A stretch of 64,000 nucleotides of DNA. Source: Moniliella sp. 'wahieum'. Lineage: Eukaryota. Every line of letters begins with the position of its first letter. Position 1 is the stretch's first letter. Positions 31,459-44,599 of the stretch are shown piece after piece. The translations under genes and the position numbers were made by a program. The DNA lies in contig RSEE01000007.1 in the NCBI GenBank assembly GCA_003971905.1, forward strand, positions 620,001 through 684,000, written 5' to 3'. The notes beneath the pieces were generated by a model. The model worked only from the letters and a program-made list of their open reading frames with translations, searched no databases and had not been told where the DNA came from.

Positions 31459-31781
31459 GGGTTAACCAGGAGCCGGTCCACCCAACGACAACGAGCTAGC
31501 AAGCGCAGCGGGAAAAAAGCTAGATTGGTAGACACCGTGACAACGCATGCCAACAAAACCATAACAACCAAAACCATAACAGAGACAGGACGGCTCGTGG
31601 CGTGGTGGGCTGGAAGGTCCGGAGGGTTCCTGTGATTCCACAGACTCCCGCCCCTGCCTTCCACCACGGGGAGGGGCAGGGCAGGTATGGTGGACCACAG
31701 ATGGAAATGCGAGAGGAGGAAATGACGAGGAGAAGGAGAGAGAGAGAGAGCATCCGAAGAGACGATGCGAAACAGCAGTGA

Positions 31782-34193
31782 TTAGTTTTGCTCTTGACCT
31801 TTGTTCCAGCTGGAGATGTCGCATTGAGGCTGGTGGTTGCCAATCTGGGCCGAAGCGTAAGCGCGCGCTTTGGGCACCGCCCGCGTGGGGCTCCCAGGGT
31901 TTTTGGACAGAGTGGCACTGCATCCATCTGGGTTGAGTCGGTTGCGCGGCCAATCGGCACCATACCCGCCCTGGCCGCCACCCCAGAGGGTATAGTTGGG
32001 ATTGGTGTAGGCTTCGAGGTGGCGATTGATGTAGGCTGCGGTGGGGTAGTCGGGTGGGTCGCACCCAATGTTGGTCTTGCCTGCCGGCTGGTACACGCGA
32101 ACAAAATCAATCTCCATTGTCGAGGGCCACACCAAGTCTTTCCAAGACGGCGTGCCAAAGTTTTGCGAAATGCCCACGTTGGCGAGAATGTACATGGGTT
32201 CGGGTGGGACGGGCCGTGAGGAAATTTGAGACACTGGGTCGGGAGCCAGTTGTTCGGGAGTCAGGCGCCAAGCGGGCTTCCCACTGGCTTCCCACTGGAT
32301 GTACCCGCCGTGACCGGGTTGGTACTCGACCGCATACTCGGTAAAGATACCGGTCGAATTGTCGGGCAAGGCAAGAATTGGACGCCTTGCTGGTCTGTCG
32401 GCGTCACGCCCGACATGCTCTGCTGTGTGATTTCACCGTGTACGAGTTAGCGATCGCATGCGGGTTGAGTAGCATGGGCGGGGCCATAGGACGGTAATAG
32501 GCACTATTCACAAAAACAAAGCACACAGCAAATGTCCCACGTCAGTCGCACTGGCATGGCAAGGTGTACAGACAAGCAAGAACAAGCAAGCAAGAACGAA
32601 GAAAGAGACGTACTTGTACGGAGCAAATTGCCCCGACTGCGAGACGGTCATTCCCTCTTGCGAGTTGACCTGGGCCTCAAACAGATCAATCTCCGGTGCC
32701 ATTCGACCGGCATAGGAGCCGTTGGGGAACTGCGGCCCCGGATGGTCGTCGCCTGGACAGGTGCACGCCGACAGACGCTGGCCCGGGAGGAACGAAAGGG
32801 ACTTGGTCAAGTGCTTCTGGTTGAAGCCACAGTTGCCCAACTTGGTCGTGTCGGGCAACAAGGTGACGGGATCGGTCTGGTTGGGCAAGGTGCCAACGTC
32901 ACACGCGTCGTAACTGTATGGCCAGGTGCCTTCGAGCGTGGCGCCGTACCCGGCGCGTCCCAGGTTGCCCATCAGCCATACCGCAGGCCAGAGACCGGCT
33001 ACCTTGGCCTTGCCCGGTAGCCGGACACTGACGACCAGCACGCCGCCCGTAAAGCAAAACTTGTTCCACGATTGGATCATGCCGCCACGAAAGTTGAGGT
33101 TGTGTTCCGGGTGTTGGCTCAGGGTGAGCTGCAACGCGCCATTGGCGGTAGTGACCCCAGCAGGGTCGTACCACTCGTAGTTGTTGGTGGCCCAGTAGTG
33201 CAGGTCGACCGCTTCCCAAAATGCGTCATCGCCCGGGTAAAAGCTACGGCCCGGGGTATTGAACTCGTCGGAAAAGACGAGGTTCATCGTGCCTGAACCG
33301 ACGGCGGCAGGACGCGTGTAGGCGTCCTGAGGCGTGTCGGGATCGATCAAGGTGGTGCGCACGCCTGGAATGCTAGACACTTGGCCCGAGCCATTGGTAC
33401 CGCCGGGACCAAAGCCGCCGAGCGAGTCGTGCTTCGTAGAGAAGGCGGTAAAGATGGGGTAGCCAGCAAACAGCATCAGCAGCGCACCAATCAGGATGAG
33501 CATGGTGGCAATGTTGAGCGCGCCTCGGGCGCTAATGCCTTGGCCCTTGCCACCCTTCTTGTCGTCGTTAGGACCAATGCGGTGCAGTTCGTCATCCAGG
33601 TCACCCAGCTCATTGTAGTACATCGCGTTGAGCTGCATGTTGGATCTACCAAGCCGTACCGCGACGCCGATTCCGGTGCGACTGTGCCTTCCTGTGAAGA
33701 AGTGGAGACAACAGTTGTGTGGGAAGGGGTGGCCGACTGCGACGATGCGCCGGCGAGGCGCGTGTGTGGATGCCCAGCCCATGTGCGGCTGAGTCGGGAG
33801 AGAGGAAAGAGGCGCCTGCAGAGAACTGAGAGAGGGAGGTAGGCATCTCGGGGGTCAGGCCCTTCCGACTCGAGTCGGCCTGCGACGGGAAGGTGGCCAG
33901 ACCGGCCCAGCTATCAGAAGGGGAAGCATAGCCGTCCGTTGTCCATCAGAGAGTCTTGCCCGACACTCTGATGGGGAGGCAATGTCGGCGTCGACAGCCC
34001 AGGCAGAGCGCTTGCGGGTGTGCTGCTGTTGCTGCTGGGTGCCCTCGGGACCGGCGGTGGAGGTGGAGAAGGAGGTGGCATGCCGCGGGGCGGGGGTGCT
34101 GGTGTGCTGGGGGGATTGCTGCTGGTAGAGAGCGTGAACATAGGGCTCGTAGGAGCCCTCGTCGTACGCCTGGGGATCTGGCGGCGGGTTCAT
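31782..34193 (-). CDS. KRE6: Beta-1,6-glucan synthesis-associated GH16 protein, KRE6/SKN1 family
   Basis: TM LLMLFAGYPI, LIDPDTP, LVFSDEF, GMIQSWNKFCFTGG, GLWPAVWLMGNLGRAGYGAT, catalytic APEIDLFEA, EPMYILAN, IDFVRVYQ, GCDPPDYPT. Confidence 0.9.
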
Positions 34194-35081
34194 GGCGGCG
34201 GGAGAAGGCTGGACGAGGCGACCCGGAAACGCTGACGTTCAGAAGAGAGGTGGGGGGAACGGAAGGAGGCAGGAGGCTGGAAGGGCCAGTCCGATCTCAG
34301 AAGCCCAGCGGTCAACCACCGAGCTGTGCTGTGCAGGCTGTTCGCACGCGCTATCGCTGTCCACTGCTGCGTCCTGCTGCGTCCCCAACGCCTGCCACCC
34401 GCGGCTCGTTGAGGGCACACTCGGTACGTCCTCTGACTAGCACCATGCACGCCCAGCGCCACGTACTTACTGCTGGACCGAGCTGAGGTACTGAGCAACA
34501 TCTCTGAGTGCCTCCGACCCCCCGCCGCACCACTCCAGCGGCGCCAGCGCCCAGCCCGTCTGCGGACGCAAACCGAACACCATGCCTGAAACAGCCACGC
34601 AGGCGGCGGGTGTGGACAAAAGCACACTTGCTCTGTCCGGCCCGTCCCTCGCGTCGCAGAGCTCAGGCGCCCAAGTTTCAAGCCTTGAACAGCTCCAAGA
34701 CCTTGCTGGTGTGGGCGGGCGGCGGGGGAGACAGGCCCAGTGCCCGCGTGAGCCAGCGAACACCCTGGCTGCCGGGGCGTTTGCCAGGCTCAGCGCGCTC
34801 AGCTGGGCCTGAGGCTCGCCTCAGCCTCAGAGCGCCCAGGCGCTCAGACCGGCACTTGCCACCGACAACTGGCGGGGAGCCAGGTCTCACATCTCACCTG
34901 CTCACTGGTCGGCGCATTGGCTAGTGGCGGGTGCAACAGGGAGCGACTTGGCGTGGAGAGCAAGGGGCGGTACACGGGTTGCACCGTGCTTCTCCCCGCC
35001 CTGGCCAATTGTCGGTGGTCGATCCTCCTGGGCACCGCCAACACCCCTCCACACTTCGATTGACCACCCACAGCATCGATC

Positions 35082-36060
35082 TTGAGCTTGAAGCTTGAAG
35101 CTTTTGACCTACTAGCTAGCTTTACTTGTGGGTTGAAGCTGTTGAAGCGCTGGCGCGATGGCCAAGTGGTCTGGCTTTTGGGTGGCTGTGTGGGGGGACA
35201 ATGCTGGCACAATGCCGGTAACAATGCTGGCAAAACTGGGCGAATGGGACCGCGTCCTGAGTGATCGATCTAGTGATCGGAGTTGTTGACGAGTTGGGCT
35301 TCTTTTCGTAGCACTGATGATCGATGATCGATGAACACGGATGTTGATCGATGATCAAGGATGCATGATGCGTGACGCCCACACCAGCCTCTGTTCGTCT
35401 CCTGCGTCCTCTTCCTGTGCCTGCAGGCTGGGCGGAGCACTAGCGGAGCTGCTCCATGCTTGGAGTTCACCCGGGTACACTGCCGCCATGCACATCTGCC
35501 TGCGCCCCCCTGGTGTGCGCCGGCGTGGCCGGCTGTTCTCTTGCACCGACAGCAGGCGGCCAGCAGAGCAGTCCAGACGGCGCGCCTGGTGCTCGCGCTC
35601 GCACGCTTCGCTCCCGCGTTCTGAATCTGAGAAGGCTAAGATCTGCCTCTCAGATCTAACGCGTAACGTTCAACCATCCAAATATTCTGGTTCCAGGATC
35701 GTTCGAATGCCGACAACGCCGATGAACTTGACCGGCGAACATGCTGTACGGACTGGTTGTTTACGCCGTTTACGCGGTTACGCTGCATGTGAGAAGCTTG
35801 AAGACTTTTGGAATTCTGGACGCTGCAACTGAGAGTTGGACACGTGTATTGTCCAGCCCTGTACCTGACTAAATCGATTCCATGACCGGATCGGCGCATG
35901 ATGCGCACCATGCGCCCAAGGACTGGGAGGACTTGGAGGTCAGATATACGAGCACGTGACCAGGCGTAGCCTTATTAGGCCTTAGGTGGTCCTGGCGTCT
36001 ATCGTCATGCATGACACCATCCGTCAGCGCGTCAGCTGCGATACTAGTTATCGATTATCG
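35082..36060. repeat. Cluster of palindromic heptamer arrays upstream of KRE6
   Basis: (AAGCTT-G)x2 at ~35091, (ATCGAT-G)x2 at 35320-35332, AGATCT-A-ACGCGT at ~35652, ACTAGT-T-ATCGAT-T at 36043. Confidence 0.8.
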
Positions 36061-36209
36061 CCGATAGCTACCCTATACGACCCCTCTACCATCTCCTCGT
36101 CGCACACATCCATTCTACTAACCACATTGCTCGTTACCAGTGAGGTGTTACCACCGACGTTTAACACGTTTAACGCCGCTTGGACCACTCAACTGTGAAC
36201 TAATTTAGT

Positions 36210-37635
36210 TCACAGGTGAGGCTTGACGCCGGCCTTGGCGAGGAGAGCGCGGGTGCGCGCGGCCAACGCTTCTGCTCTGCCACCAGCGCTGGCGCACGGC
36301 GTAATTCGATCCGGCCCAGTTGGTGCAGATGCACCTCGTCCGGCCCGTCCGCGTAGCGCAGGGTACGCAACCCAGCCCAGAGCGTGCTGAGGGGCGTGTC
36401 CTGGCTGATGCCCTCGGCGCCATACGCCTGCATCGCACGGTCACAACCGCCAGCGCGGTCCGCACGACGGCGACTTTGCTCATACCAATGTCACGCAGCG
36501 CTTTGGCATCGCCCGTATCAATGCGGTGAGCCGCCATGAGGACCAACAAGCGTGCCTGCTCATTTCCATCCGGCTCTGGGCTATGAGCGAGATGATGGTG
36601 CCATGATCCGCACAGTCGCTTGCCAAACGCTCGCTTCTTCTCGTCCGTCGCGCGCAACAGCATCAGGTCCAGCGCCCCTCGGCCGCGCCAATTGACCGCA
36701 TGCAGGGGGATCCGGCCCGGGTCCCAGACGACCTTGCACCACCTCAAATCCCCGGCCCCAACCAAGGACAATGTTCTCCTTGGGCACACGCACCCGGTCA
36801 TACACCACTTCCTGTGACCTTCCGGTGCATCATCGTACCCAGCACTTTCATCGCCCGCACCACCTTGACGCCCTGCGTCGGCAGGAACCAATACGAGCGA
36901 CTGCTGCCGGTGCCGGTTGGGGTTGTTGGCATCCGACTTGCCCATGACCAAGTGAATCGCACAGCGCGGGTCCCCGCGCCTGAAATGTACCACTTGCGAC
37001 CGCTCACCACCACCTCGTCACCTCGACTGTCAGCGAAGTTCAATGTTGGTCGCATCCGACGAAGCGACACCAGGCTCGGTCATGGAAAAGGCACTGCGAA
37101 TCTTGCCCCCAACAGGGGCTGAAGCCAACGCTCTTGCTGTGCCGGCGTACCATATTTCGCCAGCACCTCTGTCACACCAATTCCCAAGTCAGCAAATCGT
37201 GAGAAAAAGACAAACAACAAGGGGGAGAGGGTAAATAATACGCACCCATGTTGCTGTGTCACAGGGCAGAGCAGTTGAACACCTCGGAAGCCAGATGGCC
37301 TCCGCGGCCCATCAGTTCGGCCATGACGGCATACTCTAGAATGGAGAGGTTGGTGCCGTGGAGTGGGTACTTGGACTTCGCAGGAACAGGTTCCATAGGC
37401 CCTCGGCCTTGGCTTTGGCCTTGAGTTCTTCTGTAATGGCAGGGTAGCTGCTAAAGCGCTTGGCTGGGTCCAGGGGCATCTGCGCTTGGAACACAGCCTC
37501 TGCGGGGTAGACGTGCTCCTCTAGGAAGGCAATCAGCTTGCGCAGCACCTCTTTCCCGTGTGGGGTGAACCGGTCGGCGATGAGAGCCCAGGCAGAGGGA
37601 TTGATGTACCGTTCAATGGGATGGGGGGTCGACAT
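36210..37635 (-). CDS. Acyl-CoA dehydrogenase (ACAD10/11, IBR3-like)
   Basis: [79 protein letters not shown]; probable C-terminus KAGVKPHL* (PTS1-like). Many indels. Confidence 0.87.
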
Positions 37636-38538
37636 GGTTGGCCGTGCGCAACAGGGGAGGATAGAAGCAAGAGGTGATGGGAGAAAAGGGGGAAGGGGAG
37701 GGGGGTGGGGTTGGGGAGCAAGGTAGGGTAAATGAAAGCGGGGTTAGGGGCTTCGTTGCGGCCGGTGGCGGGGAAAGGGTGTAGCGGTTGGAGTGGGCCA
37801 CTGCGCTGAGCTGGAGCGCTCAAGCCAAGACGGTGTCTTCGAAAGGGCAGTTGCGTCCATTTGGTTGGGCCGAGCGGGTCACCGGGCGCCGGTCAACCGG
37901 CTCGGCTGCAGCCGGCCAATGTTTCAAGGTTGTATTCTATGTGCTGCCAGTTGCCCATTGCCCCTGTTTGGCCCCAGTCGAATCAACCGGCATCTGCAAC
38001 CTCCACCTAAGCGGCGGACCCAACACTCAACCGTATGTAATAGGTCCCCATCCCTGCTTAACAACACTCCCCCCCCCAGCCCGTTTTGTACACTCATTGT
38101 CGTCTCGCCAAACCGCAAAACGATTGTCACATAAAAGTAAGCCCACCCCAATAGACCATCTCTTTTACCCTCTTCGCACATCCAAGAGCTGTAGGTGACG
38201 CCAATAATACGCCGCTTTTCTCGCATTTCCCCCCTTTGCCGGAAAAAGAATGAGCCACAGGGAGAAGACACAGACAAAAGATCGACCGCCACTGAGATCC
38301 GGCCAGTCTCCGGCCAGTCTCCCAATTAATCCTTCCTATTAGGAAGGGAGGTTTATTAGCCTTTTATTGCTGGCACTGGGACACCCGCATTACCGATACT
38401 CAATAATGCGAGAGAAGAGTAGAACGAAAGAAGACTAACGATAGAAACGGGACAGCCCTATCTCCTTCCTCCATTGCTGTCCAAGGCCGAGGACTAAAGA
38501 GACAATATGCCTCATCTGTGCGTCCACATAGAAATGCG

Positions 38539-40151
38539 TTACGTACCACTCCCATGAAAAGCAGAAGGAAAGTATCGTTGAGGGGTAAGAAGATCCCGTG
38601 ATTTTGTGGCTTCGTCGGCCTGTTGGTTCATCAAGTTCTCCTCGTGGTATAGTGACGCGATCTGCTCGGGACCCTTCTCTTCCTCCGAGCGACGCGAGCA
38701 AGAGAATAAGGTAACGGCATGGCCAGCATCTGATGGTGATCCGACGTGGCTACCCTCACGTGACTTTTTCAGGATTGAGGGCAAACGAGACGAGTCCCTC
38801 CCTCTGGAGACCAGAATGGGAGATACAAAGCTGTCAATGGGGGGTTGAAAAGAATGGGTCGGTGCGCGCAACTGAGGTGGGGTATCGATGGGTGGCAAGG
38901 ACACCACGGGTGAAATGGGAGTTGGGTTGTACGGATCCCCCCGTTCATCAGAGATCGGGGAAGGGGGGAGGGGTGGCACGATCCTCTGCCTTCTCTCTTG
39001 GGTGGAAGAAATGATTTCGCCCTTCCTTTCCACTTGCGGCGTTCTTCCAAGGCGACAGAAGAAGAATCTGATTGATTTTCTGCGCTTTTCTTGCGCTGCG
39101 CAAGGCATGGAGAAGCCAGGCTTGATTGGTGCCAGCTCGGAGGTGGCACGTTTCCGAAGGGGCCTTCCGCGAAGCCGGGATCAGATGAGGACGGTGGTTG
39201 GAGGGTGTGAGAACGAGAAATAGTATACTGATCTGATCCGTCCGCGGTGGGGCTCAGCGTCGGTGGGAATAACGTTGACCTATCCGATCCTCAACGAGTG
39301 CCTGTGATGGGAGTAAAAGCCCCCGTTGCTGCTCTGAGAAGAAAGGGGGAGGGATGACCCAACATGCGGGGGTGACAGAAGGGACGCGACATAAGAGAAG
39401 ACATGGGCGCAGAAACACGAGTTTGGGCAAAGTGTGCCATCGCGGCATCAATGTTAAACGCTAGGGCCCCTTTGCGAGCTGTGTCAGCAATGCCAATGAG
39501 CTGTTGGCCCAAATTGATCCCATCGGTGTGGAACTTGGTCATCACATTCTTCAACACCAACAGACGCTCCGCATCCGCCGTTTGAGCTACGGAAAATGCC
39601 GCACTTGCTTCTCGCCTCCATTGGGACACTACCTTGTCGCGATCGTGCTGCAACAGAGCGACTCGTCGAGAGGACAGGCGGCGTACCTGGAAGGACGCAG
39701 CACCCAAATTCTTAGTCTCTCGAACGAGGCTGGCTTCGATCAGATTCAAAGCCCGTGCTGTATCGTGCAATCGGTCTTCATGAGGCGCAAGCTGCGCCCA
39801 CGCCCCCTCGTCGGGGGCTTTGCAGAGAGAACGTTGACATGCCTCACTCTCGAGCGACCGTGCGGTATAAAGTTGTGACACGGTGATCAGCTCTGAGGCC
39901 AACATGTCGAGCACAGGCTGCAACCCGCGCGGGACCGAGCTCTGATCAGAGAAGAACGGTTGCTCGCCAAGCTCGGCCAGGGCGGTAGCATGGGCTCGGT
40001 CGAGAGCGGCTCGCTTCAAAAAGTACTCGCCCAGCTCATCCCCTAGTGCAATGGCGTCGCGGAAGCGTTGCTGTAGCAGTTGCGTCGCCATTCTGGGGTC
40101 GCCGTTGCTGAGCGATTCAGCATAAAGCAGCGGTGCTGATTTGGTCGTCAT
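38539..40151 (-). CDS. Syp1/FCHo-like F-BAR domain protein, apparently lacking the mu-homology domain
   Basis: ~250 aa helical region (LLQQRFRDAIALGDELGEYFLKRAALDRAH ... QTADAERLLVLKNVMTKFHT) patterned like the fungal Syp1 F-BAR, then a Pro/Ser-rich tail in shifted frames. Confidence 0.55.
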
Positions 40152-40605
40152 GGCAAGCAACCGTGTGGTGGGATGGCGAAAGAAGTGGCGCACAGGCACC
40201 ACCGGAGCTGGGTGGTTGCCTTGTATATACTTACTCATGTGTGTGGGGCAAAGCAGGGCGGGACACTTCTCTCCGAGAAAGCGGCCAATGACCAATCTGA
40301 GATTATTCATCGGTGACGCTTGAAGCTAACTTGGAAGCCGAAAGGGGCATCCCCTTCGCCCGCCCCTTCCCATCTACAGCCCTACTACCAGTTGTCGTTC
40401 CAATCCATCTGTTCATAATTGGATGGCAGGAGGAATGACCGATTTTGTGCATAAGCGTAGAACATGTCTCTCTCTTTCTCTCTCTAATGAACGTGAACAA
40501 TTTGAGGCCTATACACGTGCCCCCGCATTGCCATATTATCATAGTAGTTCGTACCACATGTTTTTTGAGGGATGGATAGAAGTACACCAACGACAGCAGG
40601 GCGCC

Positions 40606-42628
40606 TCACTCGTCCTCGTCCTCATCCGCATCCCCCTCGCCTGCATTGGAAGCAGAAGCGCCAGAAGCCGCTTGGCGGCGCTGACGCTTTCCTTCGGGCA
40701 CCGCGTCGTCCTGGCCCTCAGCCTCAGCCTGTAGCGCCGCCAATTCGTCGTCCATCTCTTCTGGATCGGCGTCGGAACCAGCGTCAGAACCCGAGTCAGA
40801 GCCCGAGTCAGAGCCCGAGTCAGAGCCCGAATCAGGTGCCTGGCGCTTGGGCGAGGGTGATCGGGAGGACGCAGAACGATGCAACGAAGCATCACGGGCG
40901 CGGGAGAGGAGCGCCCCTCCTCCTCTTCCGCCTCGGCCATGGACACATCCTCATTGCCGTCCACCTTTGTGTGCGGGGGCGAGGGGCGCCTGGAAATGGG
41001 CGTCGAGGCGGCGGAAGATGCAGCTTCTTCTGGCTCAGAATCGGACAGCTCGGGTACCAGGGTAGGGTCCAACTGGTCCACCTCGCGACGCGAGCGCCAT
41101 GCCTTACGGAGCTCGTATTGGGACAGAGCTCGGTCCGTCGCTTGCACACCGGCCCACATATCCGGGTAACGAGCCGAGTCGGTGCGTTTCAGGCGCTTTT
41201 GGCGCAATGTGTACTGCATCGCCACAGGATGGTAGTAGGCCACCGGACGTTTCTTTCCACTTCCCACAAGGGGCGGGGCGTGACCCTTCTTTTCCAATTG
41301 CTCGGCCTGCCAGTCGGATTGAGCCTTGCTCGCCACCGGGGCATCCCCTTCTTCTGTCAATACAATCACATACTGACTTGCCTGGGCTTGACCCGCATTC
41401 TCCCCGGCTTGATAGTCGCGATGGAACTTGAACTGGGTCATTGCCGATTCCGGCGCTTGGCCATCCTCAATTTCGTCCAGCGCGACCAACTCGCCCTTGA
41501 TTCGACGCTCCTTGAGTTTGGCGACCGCAATGTCATCGAGTTGTTCTTGGCTGAGCTGCTCAGACTCAGCTTCTGGCTGGGGCGAAGGAGACCTGGGTTT
41601 GCTTTCATTGTCCGATTCCGAGTCGCCAAAGAGCCCCTCGTCGTCTATCTCCCTCATTAGCAGGTTTGGACTTGGATTTGTTGTGCTTGGTCCGGGGCTT
41701 GCCATTTCCATTCGCAGGAGGCGGGGCATCCTTCTCATCCCCCGTTACGAGATAGAGGCTGATCCGCTGATCACCACCATGGTTGACGGGGCGCAGGATG
41801 GCCTCAGCGACGCGGGGATCAGCAACAGGTTGACCTGCACGTGTTCGTCCGGGCCAATCCTGGAACCGGACCAGCTGATAGTCGGTCGCCCACGTATCCA
41901 CATCGGGCAAGAACTCGTAGGAAGCAACAGGCTGGAGATGGGGCTTGGTCGGGTGCCGCAAACTGGCCAAAGAACTGTCCTGGACAGCAGCAAATGTCTC
42001 GTTGATTCTGGCCACTGCTGCATCACGCGACGTGTCAACGTCCATAATATCCTCTTGGTCCACACCGGCCTTGCGTCTGGCCGCCTTTTCGGGGGTGGCA
42101 CCGTGTTCGTTCCTTCGCAGCCACGCAGCATCCGCACCCGATTTGCGCGAGATCATGACGGATGACATTTTCGATGCAACCGCCGACGAGGACGCAGGCA
42201 GTGCTGCAGACAAGGGAGTGAGCAAGAACCGATCCTCTTCATCGATCTCGAGGGTGTCGACATCAGGCAAGGTGCGCGGGGCAAAGTGGTTGATGTCGCC
42301 AGTCCAGACGCCCGGAAAAGGGGTGAGGTCCATGGGGATACCGCCCTCTGCATTGACGAGGACGGGGAGCTGGTTGGCGCGAGCCAGACGGTCGGTGAAG
42401 GTGATGGCCAGATCGCCGCCGACGCGACTTTGGGTCTCGGGGCCATCGGCGTAGCGTGCAGCAGAGACGCTGACGCGCTGGAGCTTGGGCGGGAAAGGCG
42501 GGAGAGGGAGCGGGTTGGGATACCGCACGCGGTCGATGAGCTCGGTCCTAACGCAGCGCGTTAGCAATGAGCGGTGGAGCGGTCAAAGAGGGGGGAAGAG
42601 ACACGTACTGCTTGCGCTCGCTACTCAT
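40606..42628 (-). CDS. PAF1: RNA polymerase II-associated factor Paf1
   Basis: Spliced start MSSERKQ/TELIDRVRYPNPLPLPPFPPKL, EGGIPMDL, AAWLRRNEH, INETF, LRHPTKPHLQPVASYEFLPD, AYYHPV; acidic SDSG-repeat tail. Confidence 0.88.
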
Positions 42629-42834
42629 GGTGGCCTGGCAGAGACAGGAATGGACGAACGATGGGGCCAGCCGTGGCTACCGTGCTGGCGGGAGGCGGAA
42701 TTCTTGGCTGATAATCCGCTCCGAGGCATGCCCTCCGGGGCGTCACGTGGGATTACGTACTGCCTCCCCACCGGCTGCGCTTGGCGTCCACAGCGTTTTA
42801 AAACACGGCGGCAACCACATACACTGGCTCCCAC

Positions 42835-43303
42835 ATGCTGCCCTCGGCTGTGGCATGGCGGTCGGCCTGGAAAGGTACGTTGGGTTGTTCCCTGCGTGGG
42901 ATGTGCTGTGCTCCGGACGGCTCCTTTTCATACAGACCCCTACTTTGTGGCCTTCCTCAACCTAGCGGATGCGCTGTTCAACAACCGCGCCATCCGCACC
43001 AACGCCCACTCCTGAACAGTTCTTCCCAACTTTGTAGGGTACGTCGCCGCGTGTTTGCATCACGCTCTCTCACCTCCTGCCCTCGCACAGCCTCAAGTTC
43101 ATGGTTCGCAACAGCCGCGTTCACTTGCCCGTGGTGGTCACGGAAGAAATGATTGGCCACAAGTTGGGTGAATTTGCCCCGACGCGGAAACGCTTCTCAG
43201 CTATGGCATCTCGCTTATTTCCTGACCCCCCGCCCCCCTTGTTGTTCTCTGGTCGCTTTGCACTATTAACCCCTGAGTCCTCAGGAAAACCAACGCGAAG
43301 TAA
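42835..43303 (+). pseudogene. RSM19: Mitochondrial ribosomal protein uS19m (RSM19) copy with an in-frame stop
   Basis: Spliced: [61 protein letters not shown] at 43013-43015 sits where Cys is usual; WKGP reads WKDP and VHNG reads VRNS. Confidence 0.7.
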
Positions 43304-44599
43304 GTGCGTATTTGCATCCATATGTATCTCTCCATATCTACCCCTTCCTGGGGGTGCAGCATCCCCTGGGTCGACGACAACGACGTTTCTCCCATCCGTA
43401 ATATAGTTTTTTCTAATCGTCTTGACCAAACGGCGTCACGCGCATCGCGCACGAAAATGCCGTACAGGGGCATATGGCTCAACGAGGAAGTGCTATCGGA
43501 TGATTCTTAAGTCCCTTCGCAGCCTCAGGGTAGTGCTGGGGTTCCCTTGCACGGCCCTCGGTGGATCGCGAAAGAGTTCCGATCGCAGGCGCGCGCGCCC
43601 TGCTCGCTTCATCTCCCTTCTCTCTCCTATCTCCTTCCCTTCAACTCAGATGTTGCCTGAAGACTTGTGGCTCACCCCTTTGCCTTCACGCCTGTCTGAA
43701 GGCTGCTTTGCAACTCATCCATAGGATCGCGAGTGCTCCCAAGTCGCACTCTATCTTTCCATCTGCCCAGTCGCGCGAGCCTTCCATCAGCCGCGTCGGT
43801 TCTCCGTACCACAGCATGTCGCGTGGGTTCCGTTCACAGCCACTGCCATGCCTCAGCCCTGGACGTGTCTGTCCGCTCCACTGCATCTACCCGTCGCTCA
43901 GCCCCGGAGGCTTCAGACACGTTACTACCCTCCAGCCGGCGTATACGCAGCCTTGCCACGCGTGCAGCCGCCTCGGCTTCACGCCCAAAGGCTTCTCCTC
44001 GCTCGGATCCACCAAGTAGCCCAAGCCCGAAACTACCGTAAGTCGTCTTTCATCTAAGGGATTGTCCCCCCTCTCTTCTTGTCCTCCCCCCTCTTCTTGG
44101 CCTCCCCCCCCCACCCTATTTTTGTCGCAAAGACCCTTGCTTTCCACATCTCCTCCTTGCTCCACCACTTCTCCTCCTTGCTCCACCACTCCGCGGCAGC
44201 CTTGTGGCCAGGGCGACGGCAGACCGTGGGCGTGGATTGAAGGGGTACCGTGTGCGAGTGTGGGCGTCGGTGTCGCAATGGGGGCACCGGCGGGGAGTAC
44301 GGGTAGGGGGCATTAAGGGGGTGGAGGGACGCGTCGACGCGACTCTGTCATATGCCCGATGATTGGCGTGGCCCGCCCCGGCCAGTCACGTGTAGGTCGG
44401 GGCAATAGGGTTGTTGGCACTTTCTTTCCACCCTCCGATATGGAACTAAGAGATGAGCCAAAGAGCCTGAGTTGAACTACCACAAGCGCCTGCAATCTGG
44501 AGGGACCGTCATCGCGACGGTATCCTTTTGTCGGAAGTAGAACCAAGACAACAGTGACACGCGAAGCTAGCAGGACCTATTTCCTGTCATGAGGGCGTG

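Noticed and set aside
17320..34193. Cell-wall gene cluster (STT4, GH5 glucanase, KRE6)
   Set aside because: Common genes interspersed with NMT1; no evidence of co-regulation from the sequence alone.
40784..40834. 12-bp tandem repeat in PAF1
   Set aside because: Encodes an ordinary low-complexity SDSG tail.
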